Below, in pieces: positions 24,726-34,302 of a stretch of DNA of 56,444 nt. The notes under the pieces are model-generated. The model searched no databases, was not told where the DNA came from, and was given only the letters and a program-made list of their open reading frames with translations. Source of the stretch: a virus (taxonomy: Duplodnaviria > Caudoviricetes); the IMG/VR virus record IMGVR_UViG_3300019360_000010, positions 1-56,444 of that record. One strand, written 5' to 3'. Made by a program: the position numbers and the translations under genes. The stretch's first letter is position 1. The number at the start of each line of letters is the position of its first letter.

Positions 24726-24985
24726 TGGGTAAGCTCAGTAAGCTCGTAGCTGCTGTTGCTGGTCCGCGATCGGAGAACGAGTACGCGTCGATCGACGTGC
24801 GGAAGATCGACAACGGATACGTCACGCGTCAGTCGCGTCACAGCGACGATGGCGGATACGAGTCGAAGGAGACGTTCTCTCCGGATCGCCCGTCGCTCGA
24901 GGCCGAGGTCGCGCCGCCGCCCGATGCGGGCCAGGCGGCCGGTGCCGGGTTGATGGCGCGCGCTAAGCGCGTGCTGAGTCGATAG
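24725..24985 (+). CDS. Hypothetical protein
   Basis: GGAGG SD; VRKIDNGYV. Confidence 0.65.
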   Translation: MGKLSKLVAAVAGPRSENEYASIDVRKIDNGYVTRQSRHSDDGGYESKETFSPDRPSLEAEVAPPPDAGQAAGAGLMARAKRVLSR

Positions 24986-24994
24986 GAGGTAGAG

Positions 24995-25213
24995 GTGGCT
25001 CGTAACAAAGACGGCAACATGAACAAAGAACCTCCTCGCGACATGTTTTCGCCAAAACAGGTCGCGGGTTTCAAGGCATTTCTTTCAAGCAGAAAGGATC
25101 ATAAACCGCGCGACACGCACGCTATCGCAAAGAAAGCCGCCGCGACGCGCAAGGCCCACGGTTCGGGTCTCTCCGGCAACCTCGCTCGCGCCGGTGCCCA
25201 CGCGAAGCGATGA
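24995..25213 (+). CDS. Small basic protein
   Basis: AGGAGG SD; Lys/Arg/Ala-rich. Confidence 0.65.
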   Translation: MARNKDGNMNKEPPRDMFSPKQVAGFKAFLSSRKDHKPRDTHAIAKKAAATRKAHGSGLSGNLARAGAHAKR

Positions 25214-26286
25214 CGTATTTCTTCGGCGCTCTCATCACCGCCTTCTATCTCCCCTGGTATCCTCGATCGGGTGTCGAGTTCCGCTGGGTGGTGATCCTGG
25301 TGGGCATATCGGCGCTGATGTGGGCCGAACGTCGAGAACTGCCGTGGACGTTGGCCGTAAAGCTGTTCGCGGCGTTCTACGTCCTCGCCACCTGCTCACT
25401 GGCCTGGTCGGACTACCCGTTGTTGTCGATCGGTCGTTGGTTTGAGCTGACGGCGCTGGCGGTCGTGTTCTATCTCGGTGGCGTGCTGGAACGCGTGGAT
25501 GAGCTGCTGACCGGGTTGATCATCGGTCTGGTGCCGTCCGTACTGCTGCTGCCGTTTCAGCTCGCGGGCTGGTCGCCGGTCGAACAGTGGTCCGTACCGG
25601 CGGGGGTTTTCGTCAGTAAGCTGCAGCTCGTTGAGGTAGCGGTCCCGCTGTTGTTCGTATCGGTTGCGCGCGGTTGGTGGTGGAGCGCGCTGATCTGCGC
25701 CTCAGCGGCGATCCTGCCGTCCGTGCGTGGCGCGTGGCTGGCGCTCGTCGTGACATCACTCATCGCGATGACGCGCCGGCCACGTTGCGACTGGCGCTGT
25801 CTAACCGGCGCGACGTGTCTGTTACTGTTGTTTGCCGTCGCGTTGGGGGTGCTGCTGAACCCGATCACCGTTCAACACCGGTTGCTGATCTGGTCCGAGA
25901 CGATCGCCGCCCTCACGCCGCTCGGCCACGGGCTCGGTTCGCACCTCCCGGTGTACGGCGCGGCGCACGCGCACAACGACTTTCTGGAGATCGCATACGA
26001 GCTCGGTGTACCCGGCGTGATGTTGTTCGTCGTGGCGATATCGTCGTTGACGCGGTTCGGTGGAGAGTGGCATGGTATCGTCAGTCTCGTCATCTTGTCG
26101 CTTACCTCTTTTCCCCTTCAAAATCCGGCGTCGAGCGTGGTGTTCGCGTTGCTTGCTGGCGGTCTGGCTGTTGATCGTTGGCGCGCATGGTACGATGATC
26201 GTGATGAGCGAGATCGTGTTCGTGAGGAGCTTTTCGCTGACGTCCGACGATCGCCCGCTGGCTATCCGGTTCGCGGCCGCTCTTGA
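25210..26286 (+). CDS. O-antigen ligase / Wzy_C-family polytopic membrane protein
   Basis: Many TM segments; SVRGAWLA, R..IW, GHGLGS, HAHNDFLEIAYELG.PG. Confidence 0.85.
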   Translation: MTYFFGALITAFYLPWYPRSGVEFRWVVILVGISALMWAERRELPWTLAVKLFAAFYVLATCSLAWSDYPLLSIGRWFELTALAVVFYLGGVLERVDELLTGLIIGLVPSVLLLPFQLAGWSPVEQWSVPAGVFVSKLQLVEVAVPLLFVSVARGWWWSALICASAAILPSVRGAWLALVVTSLIAMTRRPRCDWRCLTGATCLLLLFAVALGVLLNPITVQHRLLIWSETIAALTPLGHGLGSHLPVYGAAHAHNDFLEIAYELGVPGVMLFVVAISSLTRFGGEWHGIVSLVILSLTSFPLQNPASSVVFALLAGGLAVDRWRAWYDDRDERDRVREELFADVRRSPAGYPVRGRS

Positions 26287-26324
26287 TCCGACGAGTCGGA
26301 AACTGTACCAGTTCACGGTGATCC

Positions 26325-26693
26325 TTGATACGATGGCACAACCCCAGCACGCGGCCACCGCAGGCCAAACCGGTACCGGTAGTCAAAACGGTGCCGCCCG
26401 CTGAACCGATCTCGAAGACCGCCGCGTCCGTCCCGCTGAAGTCGGAGAAAGATGTCTGGCTGTTGAAGCGAAACAGCAAGTACACGGACGAGCAGCGCGC
26501 GGCCGTTCTCAAGCTGTACGATCAGGCAAAGTATACCTACGACCAGATCTCGAAGATGACCGGCGTCGGTAAAGGTACGTGCGCTTACGTCGTATACGCA
26601 CGAAAGCACGGGTTAACTAAGATCCATTCGGACGCGTCGCGTGTTTCGCCGCCATCGCGCGACTCGGCAACATCAACTGGTGGCGAGGAGTAG
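26325..26693 (+). CDS. Putative HTH DNA-binding protein
   Basis: YTDEQR..VL.LY....TYDQISKMTGV.KGT. Confidence 0.6.
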   Translation: MIRWHNPSTRPPQAKPVPVVKTVPPAEPISKTAASVPLKSEKDVWLLKRNSKYTDEQRAAVLKLYDQAKYTYDQISKMTGVGKGTCAYVVYARKHGLTKIHSDASRVSPPSRDSATSTGGEE

Positions 26694-26698
26694 AACGA

Positions 26699-27220
26699 AT
26701 GAAGTTCCGTTATGGACTCTTCGCCGCGTTCGCGGCGTTGCTGATCGGCGCGGTAGTTCACGCGCAGTCGATCACGCCCGGGATGCCGACGATCCCGCTG
26801 CCGCTGACGGGCGACGAGACCTTCGCGCTCGATACGAACCTGTCGGGCGGCCGGCAACCGCAGACGGGCAAGCTCACGATCCTCCAGGCTCAGGGGCTCT
26901 CGCCCGTTACGCTGACCGACGGCACGACGATCACGCCGTCCGGTACGGCGGGCAACATGTTCCGCGTCGTGCTGGGCGGTAATCGTACGATCGCCAACTT
27001 CAGCCCGGCACCGGCAGCCGAGTCGATCTTCAAGATCCTGGTGATCCAAGATTTCACCGGATCACGCACGGTCACGTGGGGCTCGTTGTTCAAGTGGTTC
27101 GGCGGCAGCGCGCCCACGCTGACCACGACCGGGACACGCGGTGACATGATCACGTGCTTGTACGACAGCGCGGGATCGGGCTATTACCTCTGCGACAAGC
27201 AGCTGAACATCACACCATAG
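26699..27220 (+). CDS. Signal-peptide-bearing virion/tail-fibre-type domain protein
   Basis: MKFRYGLFAAFAALLIGAVVHA|Q; LGGNRT...IQD.TGSRTVTW...KW.GG.APTLTT. Confidence 0.75.
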   Translation: MKFRYGLFAAFAALLIGAVVHAQSITPGMPTIPLPLTGDETFALDTNLSGGRQPQTGKLTILQAQGLSPVTLTDGTTITPSGTAGNMFRVVLGGNRTIANFSPAPAAESIFKILVIQDFTGSRTVTWGSLFKWFGGSAPTLTTTGTRGDMITCLYDSAGSGYYLCDKQLNITP

Positions 27221-27334
27221 CCGCCGGTCCACATCCCGGCGACTAGCGCGGCGGCCGAGTTTCCCCTGGTGCATTCCCTGTGAGCTGGCGAGCTCGGCCG
27301 CCGTCGTTTCCACCGCGTATCAAAGGAGATCTAC

Positions 27335-27517
27335 ATGGCGCGCAAGAAGTACACGGGACCGGTCGAGCACCTGAAGGAACGGTACGCTGACGTCGTGGAA
27401 GTCGAGGGCGACGCGTCTACGGTCCGGGCGAAGTTCGAGATCAAGAACGGCGACATGCCGGCCGTCGAGGAAGCTGCCAACGGATACTACGGTTATCCGG
27501 CGGCGGACTTCTCATAG
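27335..27517 (+). CDS. Small hypothetical protein
   Basis: AAGGAG SD. Confidence 0.6.
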   Translation: MARKKYTGPVEHLKERYADVVEVEGDASTVRAKFEIKNGDMPAVEEAANGYYGYPAADFS

Positions 27518-27541
27518 TCACGAGCTGAAGGAGCGCCCTCG

Positions 27542-27892
27542 ATGGGAACCGTCCCGAACATCCCGGGTTTTGCGGTCACGCCGTTCGAGGGCGTTTCCGG
27601 CGCGTCGATCAACCTCGCGTGCGGCGCGGTGACGAACCGCGCCGCCGTGCTGCCGACGCCTCTCGAGAACGCGAACTTGAAGTTGCGCCAGGTTCGCATC
27701 GCCAACACCTCGCTCGACACCGACATCTTCATCGCGTGGGGTGACGTCACCGTCGTCGCGACGACAGCTACCGGTATGGCCGTCCCTCACGGGGACGTTG
27801 AGATCATCACTATCGGTGCAGCGACTCACATCGCAGGTATCACCGCTGGTGGAATAGCTACCTTGAACATCACGCCGGGTGGCGGGGTGTAG
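27542..27892 (+). CDS. Putative virion accessory (beta-rich) protein
   Basis: AAGGAG SD; QVRIAN, FIAWG, THIA.I. Confidence 0.65.
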   Translation: MGTVPNIPGFAVTPFEGVSGASINLACGAVTNRAAVLPTPLENANLKLRQVRIANTSLDTDIFIAWGDVTVVATTATGMAVPHGDVEIITIGAATHIAGITAGGIATLNITPGGGV

Positions 27893-27951
27893 AGCGCGAC
27901 GGCCGGCGCGCGCTTTAATCGCCGACCAACCACTAGCGAGGAGATATCTGA

Positions 27952-28422
27952 ATGGCAGCGTATGCGTTGAACAACGAGCTGGCCGGCACCCAGCAGGCGA
28001 CGACGACTACGTACAAGACGTTGATCGCGATGACGGCCGCGACCGCGACCCTCCGCCGCGCGTTCCTGTACGATGTGCTGATGGGTTGTGCCGGCACCCC
28101 GGCGAACAACAGCTATGTCTTCGACATCTCGCGTCAGACCGCCGCCGGCACGTCCACGTCGGCTACGCCGACCATCCTCGATCCGGCCGACGCCGCGTCG
28201 GGCACCGTGGGCTCGGCGAACTTCACCGCCGAGGGCACCATCACCGCCGCGTCGTCGGTGCTGAACCTGGCGATGAACCAGCAGGCCTCGTATCGCTGGG
28301 TGGCATACGGCGACGCGCAGCGGCTCGTCGTGCCCGGCACGAACCTGAACGGGTTCGCCGGTCGCGCGAAGTCGGCGGCGGGCACCGTGATCTGCAACAT
28401 GCAGTTCTACTACGCGGAGTAA
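27952..28422 (+). CDS. Putative virion accessory protein
   Basis: GAGGAG SD; Ala/Thr-rich beta-type sequence. Confidence 0.7.
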   Translation: MAAYALNNELAGTQQATTTTYKTLIAMTAATATLRRAFLYDVLMGCAGTPANNSYVFDISRQTAAGTSTSATPTILDPADAASGTVGSANFTAEGTITAASSVLNLAMNQQASYRWVAYGDAQRLVVPGTNLNGFAGRAKSAAGTVICNMQFYYAE

Positions 28423-28429
28423 CCTCGCG

Positions 28430-28714
28430 ATGGCGATGCGCAGACCCGGGGGATATCTGTTCGGGTTCTTTCCCGATCGGAAGCCTGACGAATGCGACTC
28501 GTTTACCTGCCGGCACTGCCAGCAGGTCGTGTTCGTTCGCGGTAAGGAACGTCCCGACGATGTCGGTGGTTTCTGCCGGGTCTGCACCTCGCTGATCTGC
28601 CCGCGCTGCGTGAACCACGCCCGCGTCGGGATCACGTGCGACGTGATCGAGAAGAAGCTTGATCGCTCCGAGAAGACCAACACACCGGTCTATGTAGGAC
28701 CGATCACGCTATGA
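28430..28714 (+). CDS. Cys-rich putative Zn-finger protein
   Basis: TCRHC, FCRVC, ICPRC. Confidence 0.65.
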   Translation: MAMRRPGGYLFGFFPDRKPDECDSFTCRHCQQVVFVRGKERPDDVGGFCRVCTSLICPRCVNHARVGITCDVIEKKLDRSEKTNTPVYVGPITL

Positions 28715-30927
28715 GCCTCCCCTGGGAGCGTCGCGATGTAACCTGGCGTCCGCGCGGTACGTGCGATTTGTCGCGGTCGGGCTTTCAGGTCGGGGCCGGC
28801 GCGCAGGGTCCGCGTCAGTCGCCGCCGGCCGGTGGTGGCGCGGCGACGTTCATCACCGATATCGCGTGGCGCAACGACGGAGGATCTACTGCGTCCGGGC
28901 AGCTGCTGCGGCGTACGTTCGGATTTACGCAAGGCCAGGTGCCGACCGGTCAGCTCTTGGAATTTCGTAAGTCCGACGGCACGACGCCGCTCACCTATCA
29001 GAGCTTCGACGCCGAGGCCGATCGTTACGCGGACGGTTCGCTCAAGTTCATCGTCGGTACGGTGATCCAGGAAGACAACGCCAACAGCGGATCGAACCTC
29101 ACTTACAAGCTGTACCGCGCCGGTACGTCAACGGCGAACAACGTCAGCCCGATCACCAACGCGAACCTTCAGGCGCTGGCGATCACGGTCGACATCACGG
29201 CCGGCGGCACCACGTATACGTTCGACGTGGCGGCGGCGATCACGGCCGCGCGTATCCGAGACTTTGCGCTCGGTCCGTGGGGTCGCACCGTTCAGGTATG
29301 GGGCGTGGCCGCGAACGGCGGTACGCCGAACAACGCGCTCTACATCAACGTTGACCTTACGTTGATGCGCGACGGTACGACCTGGAACGCCTGGGTCGAG
29401 GTCATCTCCAACTGGGACCAGAACTACTCGGTTCGGAACTGTCCGGGCACGGGCACCATCACCGCGATGCGCTTGAAGCAGTCGGGCAGCGACGTACGCG
29501 CGTTGACCAGTCTCAGCTTCAACAACTCCGGTGGCGTTGGCACCGATATCCCTACGTCGGACGGTTTCGAGGTATGGAACACGAACGCCTGCACGATGCG
29601 GCCGCTGTACGATCCGCACCAACTCTCGCTGTGCCGCCTGATCCCGTACTACCCGAACGGTGCTGGCTACATTACCGCGCTCGGCAGTCCGTCGCCGTTG
29701 ACCTTTACGCCGATGGATATCTATGACCTGACCGCCGCGTTAAATACCGGCGGCGGTCGGTTCGACATCGGCTATCAGCCGGGTTGGCACGCGGCGGCGG
29801 CGGTGTCACAGGCCGGCAGCGCGGGTAAGGCGTGGAGCAACAGGGCGCTGCTGAACGCGCTCGGCGCGAGCGGGTTGACGAAGAACTTCTATAACAGCAC
29901 CTATGGCCTGCCGCTCGTCGTACGAAACCAGACCTACGGCAGCATCGTCGGCAACAACGCGATCGGGTACATCGGCAGCAACACGTTCGGTTTCAGTGGT
30001 GGTACGTCGCCGTTCTCTCAGGACACCGACACGTACCACTGGCCGTTCATGCCGTGGTGGATGTACGTCGTCTGGGGTCAGCCGTGGTGGTTGCGCAAGT
30101 CGATAGTCGACGCGAACCAGGGAGTCCTCGGCACCGATCCGTCGCTGCGCGCGCGGACCATGACCAACGGCGACAGCTACACCACGGTGACGCGCACCGA
30201 TGGCGGTCCGCGTGGTTGGGCCTGGTCAACGCGCAACATCCTCGACACGCGCATGGTGATCCCGAGCACGCATCCGCTTCACGACTACATCGTGGATGTG
30301 GCGAACGACAACCTCAACTGGTTTAACTCGGCGAACAAGACCGCGAACATCGTCACGGCGATGCGTGCGCTCAACGTCATCGGCGACTTCATAGAGAACC
30401 CCAACCCACCGAACGCTGGTATCTCGACGCGCTGGTTCATGCACGGGTACACTACCACCGTGTTGGGGATGCAGCTCAAACGCGGGTATCTGACGACGGC
30501 TAGTCAGTCGATCACGGGGTACGTCGAGCTCAACACGATGGGCATGGGCGTTGACGGGTGCAACTCGCGCGCTCAGGGCTTCACGGTCAACTTCTCGATC
30601 GACAACTCGCTCACCACCTCGGCGGCCAACACGGCGCAGACCTGGGATCGCGTCGCGGCGAACGCGGACACCGCGCCCACGTGGGACGACAGCACGAAGC
30701 TGATCCCGTCCACGGGTTGCCCTGCCTCCGGCACCAACTCGCCGTACGGCATCGAACCGTGGGACTACTTCGGCGTCTGGCGATCGGCGTCGGCGTGTTG
30801 TGCGGACGGCGGATCGACGAAGTCGGGAACGTACTACACTTATATGCAGGCGCAGCTCGTGGGTGGCGCGGCGTGGACGGACGCGGACCTGACGACGGCG
30901 CCGCACTGGATCATCGAGAGGGAATGA
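28711..30927 (+). CDS. Large putative carbohydrate-active / depolymerase-like protein
   Basis: N-terminal F..GQVP...RY.DGSLK segment, GGGRFDIG, RGWAW..RN; Trp/Tyr/Asn/Thr-rich. Confidence 0.5.
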   Translation: MSLPWERRDVTWRPRGTCDLSRSGFQVGAGAQGPRQSPPAGGGAATFITDIAWRNDGGSTASGQLLRRTFGFTQGQVPTGQLLEFRKSDGTTPLTYQSFDAEADRYADGSLKFIVGTVIQEDNANSGSNLTYKLYRAGTSTANNVSPITNANLQALAITVDITAGGTTYTFDVAAAITAARIRDFALGPWGRTVQVWGVAANGGTPNNALYINVDLTLMRDGTTWNAWVEVISNWDQNYSVRNCPGTGTITAMRLKQSGSDVRALTSLSFNNSGGVGTDIPTSDGFEVWNTNACTMRPLYDPHQLSLCRLIPYYPNGAGYITALGSPSPLTFTPMDIYDLTAALNTGGGRFDIGYQPGWHAAAAVSQAGSAGKAWSNRALLNALGASGLTKNFYNSTYGLPLVVRNQTYGSIVGNNAIGYIGSNTFGFSGGTSPFSQDTDTYHWPFMPWWMYVVWGQPWWLRKSIVDANQGVLGTDPSLRARTMTNGDSYTTVTRTDGGPRGWAWSTRNILDTRMVIPSTHPLHDYIVDVANDNLNWFNSANKTANIVTAMRALNVIGDFIENPNPPNAGISTRWFMHGYTTTVLGMQLKRGYLTTASQSITGYVELNTMGMGVDGCNSRAQGFTVNFSIDNSLTTSAANTAQTWDRVAANADTAPTWDDSTKLIPSTGCPASGTNSPYGIEPWDYFGVWRSASACCADGGSTKSGTYYTYMQAQLVGGAAWTDADLTTAPHWIIERE

Positions 30928-31340
30928 TGGCGACCGGTATCACCTGGCATCGACACGTGAAGCTGGACGGGTTCTACCCGAACTATTTCACGCTTCATCA
31001 CTACGGCGCACACTGTCTCGAGCACGCGCACGCTCAACGCCACCTGATCGAGGCAGACGGCTTCATCCTCGTTGCGGCGCGCGGAACACCCGGCGGCGAC
31101 TTCACCCGTCTGTGCCAGCCGCTGGAAGGGTTCAGCGCGGCGGCTGATGTCCGCCATCTGGTGATCAACATAGAGCAGCGCCCGGTCCGTGTACGCTGCT
31201 TGTTCAACAGCGAGCCGGTTGGCCGCCCTGACCGCCTGGTTGATGAAAGTGCGGAGACGCCCATCGAGGATCTGTCGCCAGTGATCCGCGAGGCGATGAG
31301 GTTGGCGCACGCCTGGATGAAAGAGGCCGGACTCGCATGA
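30924..31340 (+). CDS. Cupin-like protein
   Basis: EHAHAQRH...VRH...RCLF; ATGA coupling. Confidence 0.55.
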   Translation: MMATGITWHRHVKLDGFYPNYFTLHHYGAHCLEHAHAQRHLIEADGFILVAARGTPGGDFTRLCQPLEGFSAAADVRHLVINIEQRPVRVRCLFNSEPVGRPDRLVDESAETPIEDLSPVIREAMRLAHAWMKEAGLA

Positions 31341-31723
31341 TCCAACCGCACCGCATCTTCGACGGCACGTGGGACTACGGCGAGATCGCCACGCACGTCT
31401 TTCGCGTCGTCGGCGGCGACCTGGGCAGCAAGACGCCCGTCGGGCACAAGCACGCCTATCCGCACATGCTGCTGGTGCGCAAGGTCGAGCCGGTCGCGTT
31501 CGATGTGACGGTCTGGGCGATCCAGGACGGTCAGTGGGTCAAGCTGCCCACGCGTCCCGGCGATGCGTGGTACGTTGAGGCCGGCGTCCAGCACTACGCC
31601 GAGGTACCGCCAGGCTGCACGGCCGATATCCTGTGCATCTTCTCCAACTGGGGACCGGACGGAAAGCGGTTCAACCCTAAGAGCTATCGCGCACCTTCCG
31701 TGGAGCCCGAGCCATGGCAGTAA
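31337..31723 (+). CDS. Cupin-like protein
   Basis: GHKHAYPH...VEAGVQH...LCIF. Confidence 0.65.
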   Translation: MIQPHRIFDGTWDYGEIATHVFRVVGGDLGSKTPVGHKHAYPHMLLVRKVEPVAFDVTVWAIQDGQWVKLPTRPGDAWYVEAGVQHYAEVPPGCTADILCIFSNWGPDGKRFNPKSYRAPSVEPEPWQ

Positions 31724-32094
31724 CGCTCTGGGTCAAGCGCGTGGATAACGGTAACTTCCAGAACGGCGACGTGGTGGACATGGCGGAGGGCGTCGGCCTG
31801 TTCCATGGTCATAAGCCCACGCAGAGCGGCGACTGGCGCATCATCGTGGTGGACGATGCCGTGCCAAAACAAATCTACGCGCTGGACCTGTTCAAGAGCT
31901 ACAAGCACCCCGCCACGGACAAGCCGATCCTTCAACGCGTCGCGCATATCGACATGTCGGGACTGGAAGCGCATGCCGCCCGGATGGCCGGGCGTGCGCT
32001 GGCGAACGACGACTCGATCCGCACCGGGATGATGCAGGTCGAGGCATACACCAAGCGCAAGTTCCTCCCGCCGATCCCGGGGCTGCTGACGTGA
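31714..32094 (+). CDS. Hypothetical protein
   Basis: Coupled ORF with GGAG SD. Confidence 0.65.
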   Translation: MAVTLWVKRVDNGNFQNGDVVDMAEGVGLFHGHKPTQSGDWRIIVVDDAVPKQIYALDLFKSYKHPATDKPILQRVAHIDMSGLEAHAARMAGRALANDDSIRTGMMQVEAYTKRKFLPPIPGLLT

Positions 32095-33080
32095 GCGTCG
32101 ATACCATCGGATCGGGCGGCGATACCCCGACGGTCATCACCTGGGCCGGCGGCATCCCCGGTACGCTGCTGGAGAACGAGGAGGGGCGCGTTCTCAACCA
32201 GGAGGTCAACAACACCTCGGACAGCGTGGACCTCAGCGGGGTTACGACCGGCGCGTTTTCAATCACGCTCACCGCTAACCCCGGCGCCAGCTTCGTCGAC
32301 GTACTCAACCCCGCCACGACGGCGGTGCGGTACTACGCTGGAACGCAGGGCGCAGCCGTGCTGATGAGCAGCAGTTGCCAGGAGCTCAAGTTCGGAGCTG
32401 CCACCACGGTCTCGAAGCTGATGTTCAAAAAGACCAGTGGCTACGGTGTGATACTCTACAGCACCAACGACGCGTTCACGGCCAACCAGTTGATCATGTA
32501 CTCGACCGATGGTAACTACATGATGCGCGGCCCTGGGACTTTTCAGCGCCTTATCGCCTATGCCGACGTCAACATACAGTTCTACCAGGGCAACCTGGCC
32601 ACGTTCCGGAACTGGTCCTACTACCGCTTCGGCGGGGGTTCAACCATCGGGCTGGAGAGCCAATACAGCGGCGCGAAGTCGATCAACGGCGCGGTCGCCG
32701 GTTGCGGCGCCAACGGGTACGAGGGAACCTCGTCGGCGACCAGTCTCAACAACGCCACCGATCAGGGCAGCTTCGGCGGCATCGGGTTTGATGGTGGCAC
32801 GCCGCAGACCTCGCTGGTGGCGGCCACGGAATGGACCAACGTGGCAAGCGCGGCGGCGGCCGATTTCCGTATCGCATCCGGCAGCGCGAAGTTGAAGGCC
32901 AACGGCACTACCGGCGGGAGCGCGCCGGCCACGGACATCTTTGGTGTGAGTTGGAACGCTGGCACGCCGGACATCGGCGCGATCAAGTTCGCCGGTGCGG
33001 CACCGAGTAACGACTGGGTGCCCAACCCGTATTGGCAACAGACGCCGGGCATGCGTCCGCGTGGTCACGTGGGGTACTAG
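32091..33080 (+). CDS. Beta-helix-like protein with DFR...D..G...PDIGA tail
   Basis: Gly/Ser/Thr/Asn-rich; the C-terminal motif is typical of pectin-lyase-like beta-helix proteins. Confidence 0.6.
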   Translation: MSVDTIGSGGDTPTVITWAGGIPGTLLENEEGRVLNQEVNNTSDSVDLSGVTTGAFSITLTANPGASFVDVLNPATTAVRYYAGTQGAAVLMSSSCQELKFGAATTVSKLMFKKTSGYGVILYSTNDAFTANQLIMYSTDGNYMMRGPGTFQRLIAYADVNIQFYQGNLATFRNWSYYRFGGGSTIGLESQYSGAKSINGAVAGCGANGYEGTSSATSLNNATDQGSFGGIGFDGGTPQTSLVAATEWTNVASAAAADFRIASGSAKLKANGTTGGSAPATDIFGVSWNAGTPDIGAIKFAGAAPSNDWVPNPYWQQTPGMRPRGHVGY

Positions 33081-33083
33081 ATC

Positions 33084-33788
33084 GTGTCAACGTCAATTCA
33101 ATATCAGATCAAGACCGACTGGCCGCCGGGCGGTGCACCGACACCACCGGCACTGACGTACGTCGACACGCCGTGGCTCGTGCCGCGACCGCGTGCGCAG
33201 CAGCGCGTGGCGGTCATGGCGTCGGGCGCGTCGATGGGTGGTGACTGGTCCGACCCGCCGGTGGCTCAGCTCATCCTGCTGTCGCAGCCGCGTCCGAAGC
33301 GTCCGGGCCTCGCCGTCGCGGGGCACCCCCTATATCAGTCGGCCGTGCCGTTCGTCGCTCCGCCGCCCGCGAACGTCGGTGAGTGGTTCCGACCGTTGAA
33401 CCAACCGTCACCGAAGCGTCCGGGTCTTCACGCAGCGAGCATCCCGGCCGCGTTTCAGACCGTTCAGCTCATCGTCATTCCGGCAGCCGAACCGGGCACC
33501 TGGCTGATGCCGTTGTCGCAGCCGGCACCGAAGCGTCCCGGTCTGCGCGCCGCGAACCAGTTCGCGTTCGCGATGGGTCTCATCAGTTACACCGGTCCGG
33601 GAGTGCAGGCCGGGTCGTGGTTCCGTCCGCTGAACGAGGGCCGCCAAGCGATCCGACGTGGCGGGCTACGTGCGTCGGAGATACCGTCGACGCCGTTCAC
33701 GCCGCCGTTCGTCCCGCCGATCCCGCCGCCGGCCGGTGGTGCGACGCAGCGTCGACGTCGGTTCGTTCGTCGCGGCAAGGTGTATTAG
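33084..33788 (+). CDS. Pro-rich internal-repeat protein
   Basis: About four W..PL.QP.PKRPGL-type repeats; basic C-terminus. Confidence 0.65.
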   Translation: MSTSIQYQIKTDWPPGGAPTPPALTYVDTPWLVPRPRAQQRVAVMASGASMGGDWSDPPVAQLILLSQPRPKRPGLAVAGHPLYQSAVPFVAPPPANVGEWFRPLNQPSPKRPGLHAASIPAAFQTVQLIVIPAAEPGTWLMPLSQPAPKRPGLRAANQFAFAMGLISYTGPGVQAGSWFRPLNEGRQAIRRGGLRASEIPSTPFTPPFVPPIPPPAGGATQRRRRFVRRGKVY

Positions 33789-33789
33789 C

Positions 33790-34302
33790 ATGGCTGGTTC
33801 ACCTCAGATCCCGGTCATCTTCGTTCCGTCTGAATACCTGACGGACATGTTCATCTCGAACGACGTGTCCACCGGCGTCCTCACGTTCATCCGTCCGTTC
33901 CAACCCTGGTATCGGCTGTTTCCGGGGGAGGAGATGAACCAGGTCGTCGATGCGGTGAACGAGCTGATCCTGCGGTTGAACCTGAACATGGTTCAACGCG
34001 TGATCACGGACCCGGGCGACATCGACATCGAGCCCGGCGACGTTCAGGTGCTCATCGACAAGACGGTGCCGCAGGCGACCACCGTATACCTGCCCTCGGT
34101 GACCGAGTTCGTCGAGCGCGGATACAACTTTGCACCGGTCCTGATCAAGGACCTGGCGCAGAACGCCGGCACGTTCAACATCACGATCGTGCCGGACGGC
34201 GCGGATACGATCGACAAGCTGGCCACGTGGACGCTCGCGGCTGACGGTGCCGCGATATCGCTCCGCGCCCTCAACGACATGACCGGGTGGTACGTCGCAT
34301 GA
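33790..34302 (+). CDS. Putative tail-fibre-associated protein
   Basis: TTVYLP...IKD...NA...NITI.P...DTID. Confidence 0.65.
   Translation: MAGSPQIPVIFVPSEYLTDMFISNDVSTGVLTFIRPFQPWYRLFPGEEMNQVVDAVNELILRLNLNMVQRVITDPGDIDIEPGDVQVLIDKTVPQATTVYLPSVTEFVERGYNFAPVLIKDLAQNAGTFNITIVPDGADTIDKLATWTLAADGAAISLRALNDMTGWYVA

Noticed and set aside
28711-28800. Tat signal on the 738-aa protein (ERRD)
   Set aside because: No hydrophobic h-region follows the twin Arg
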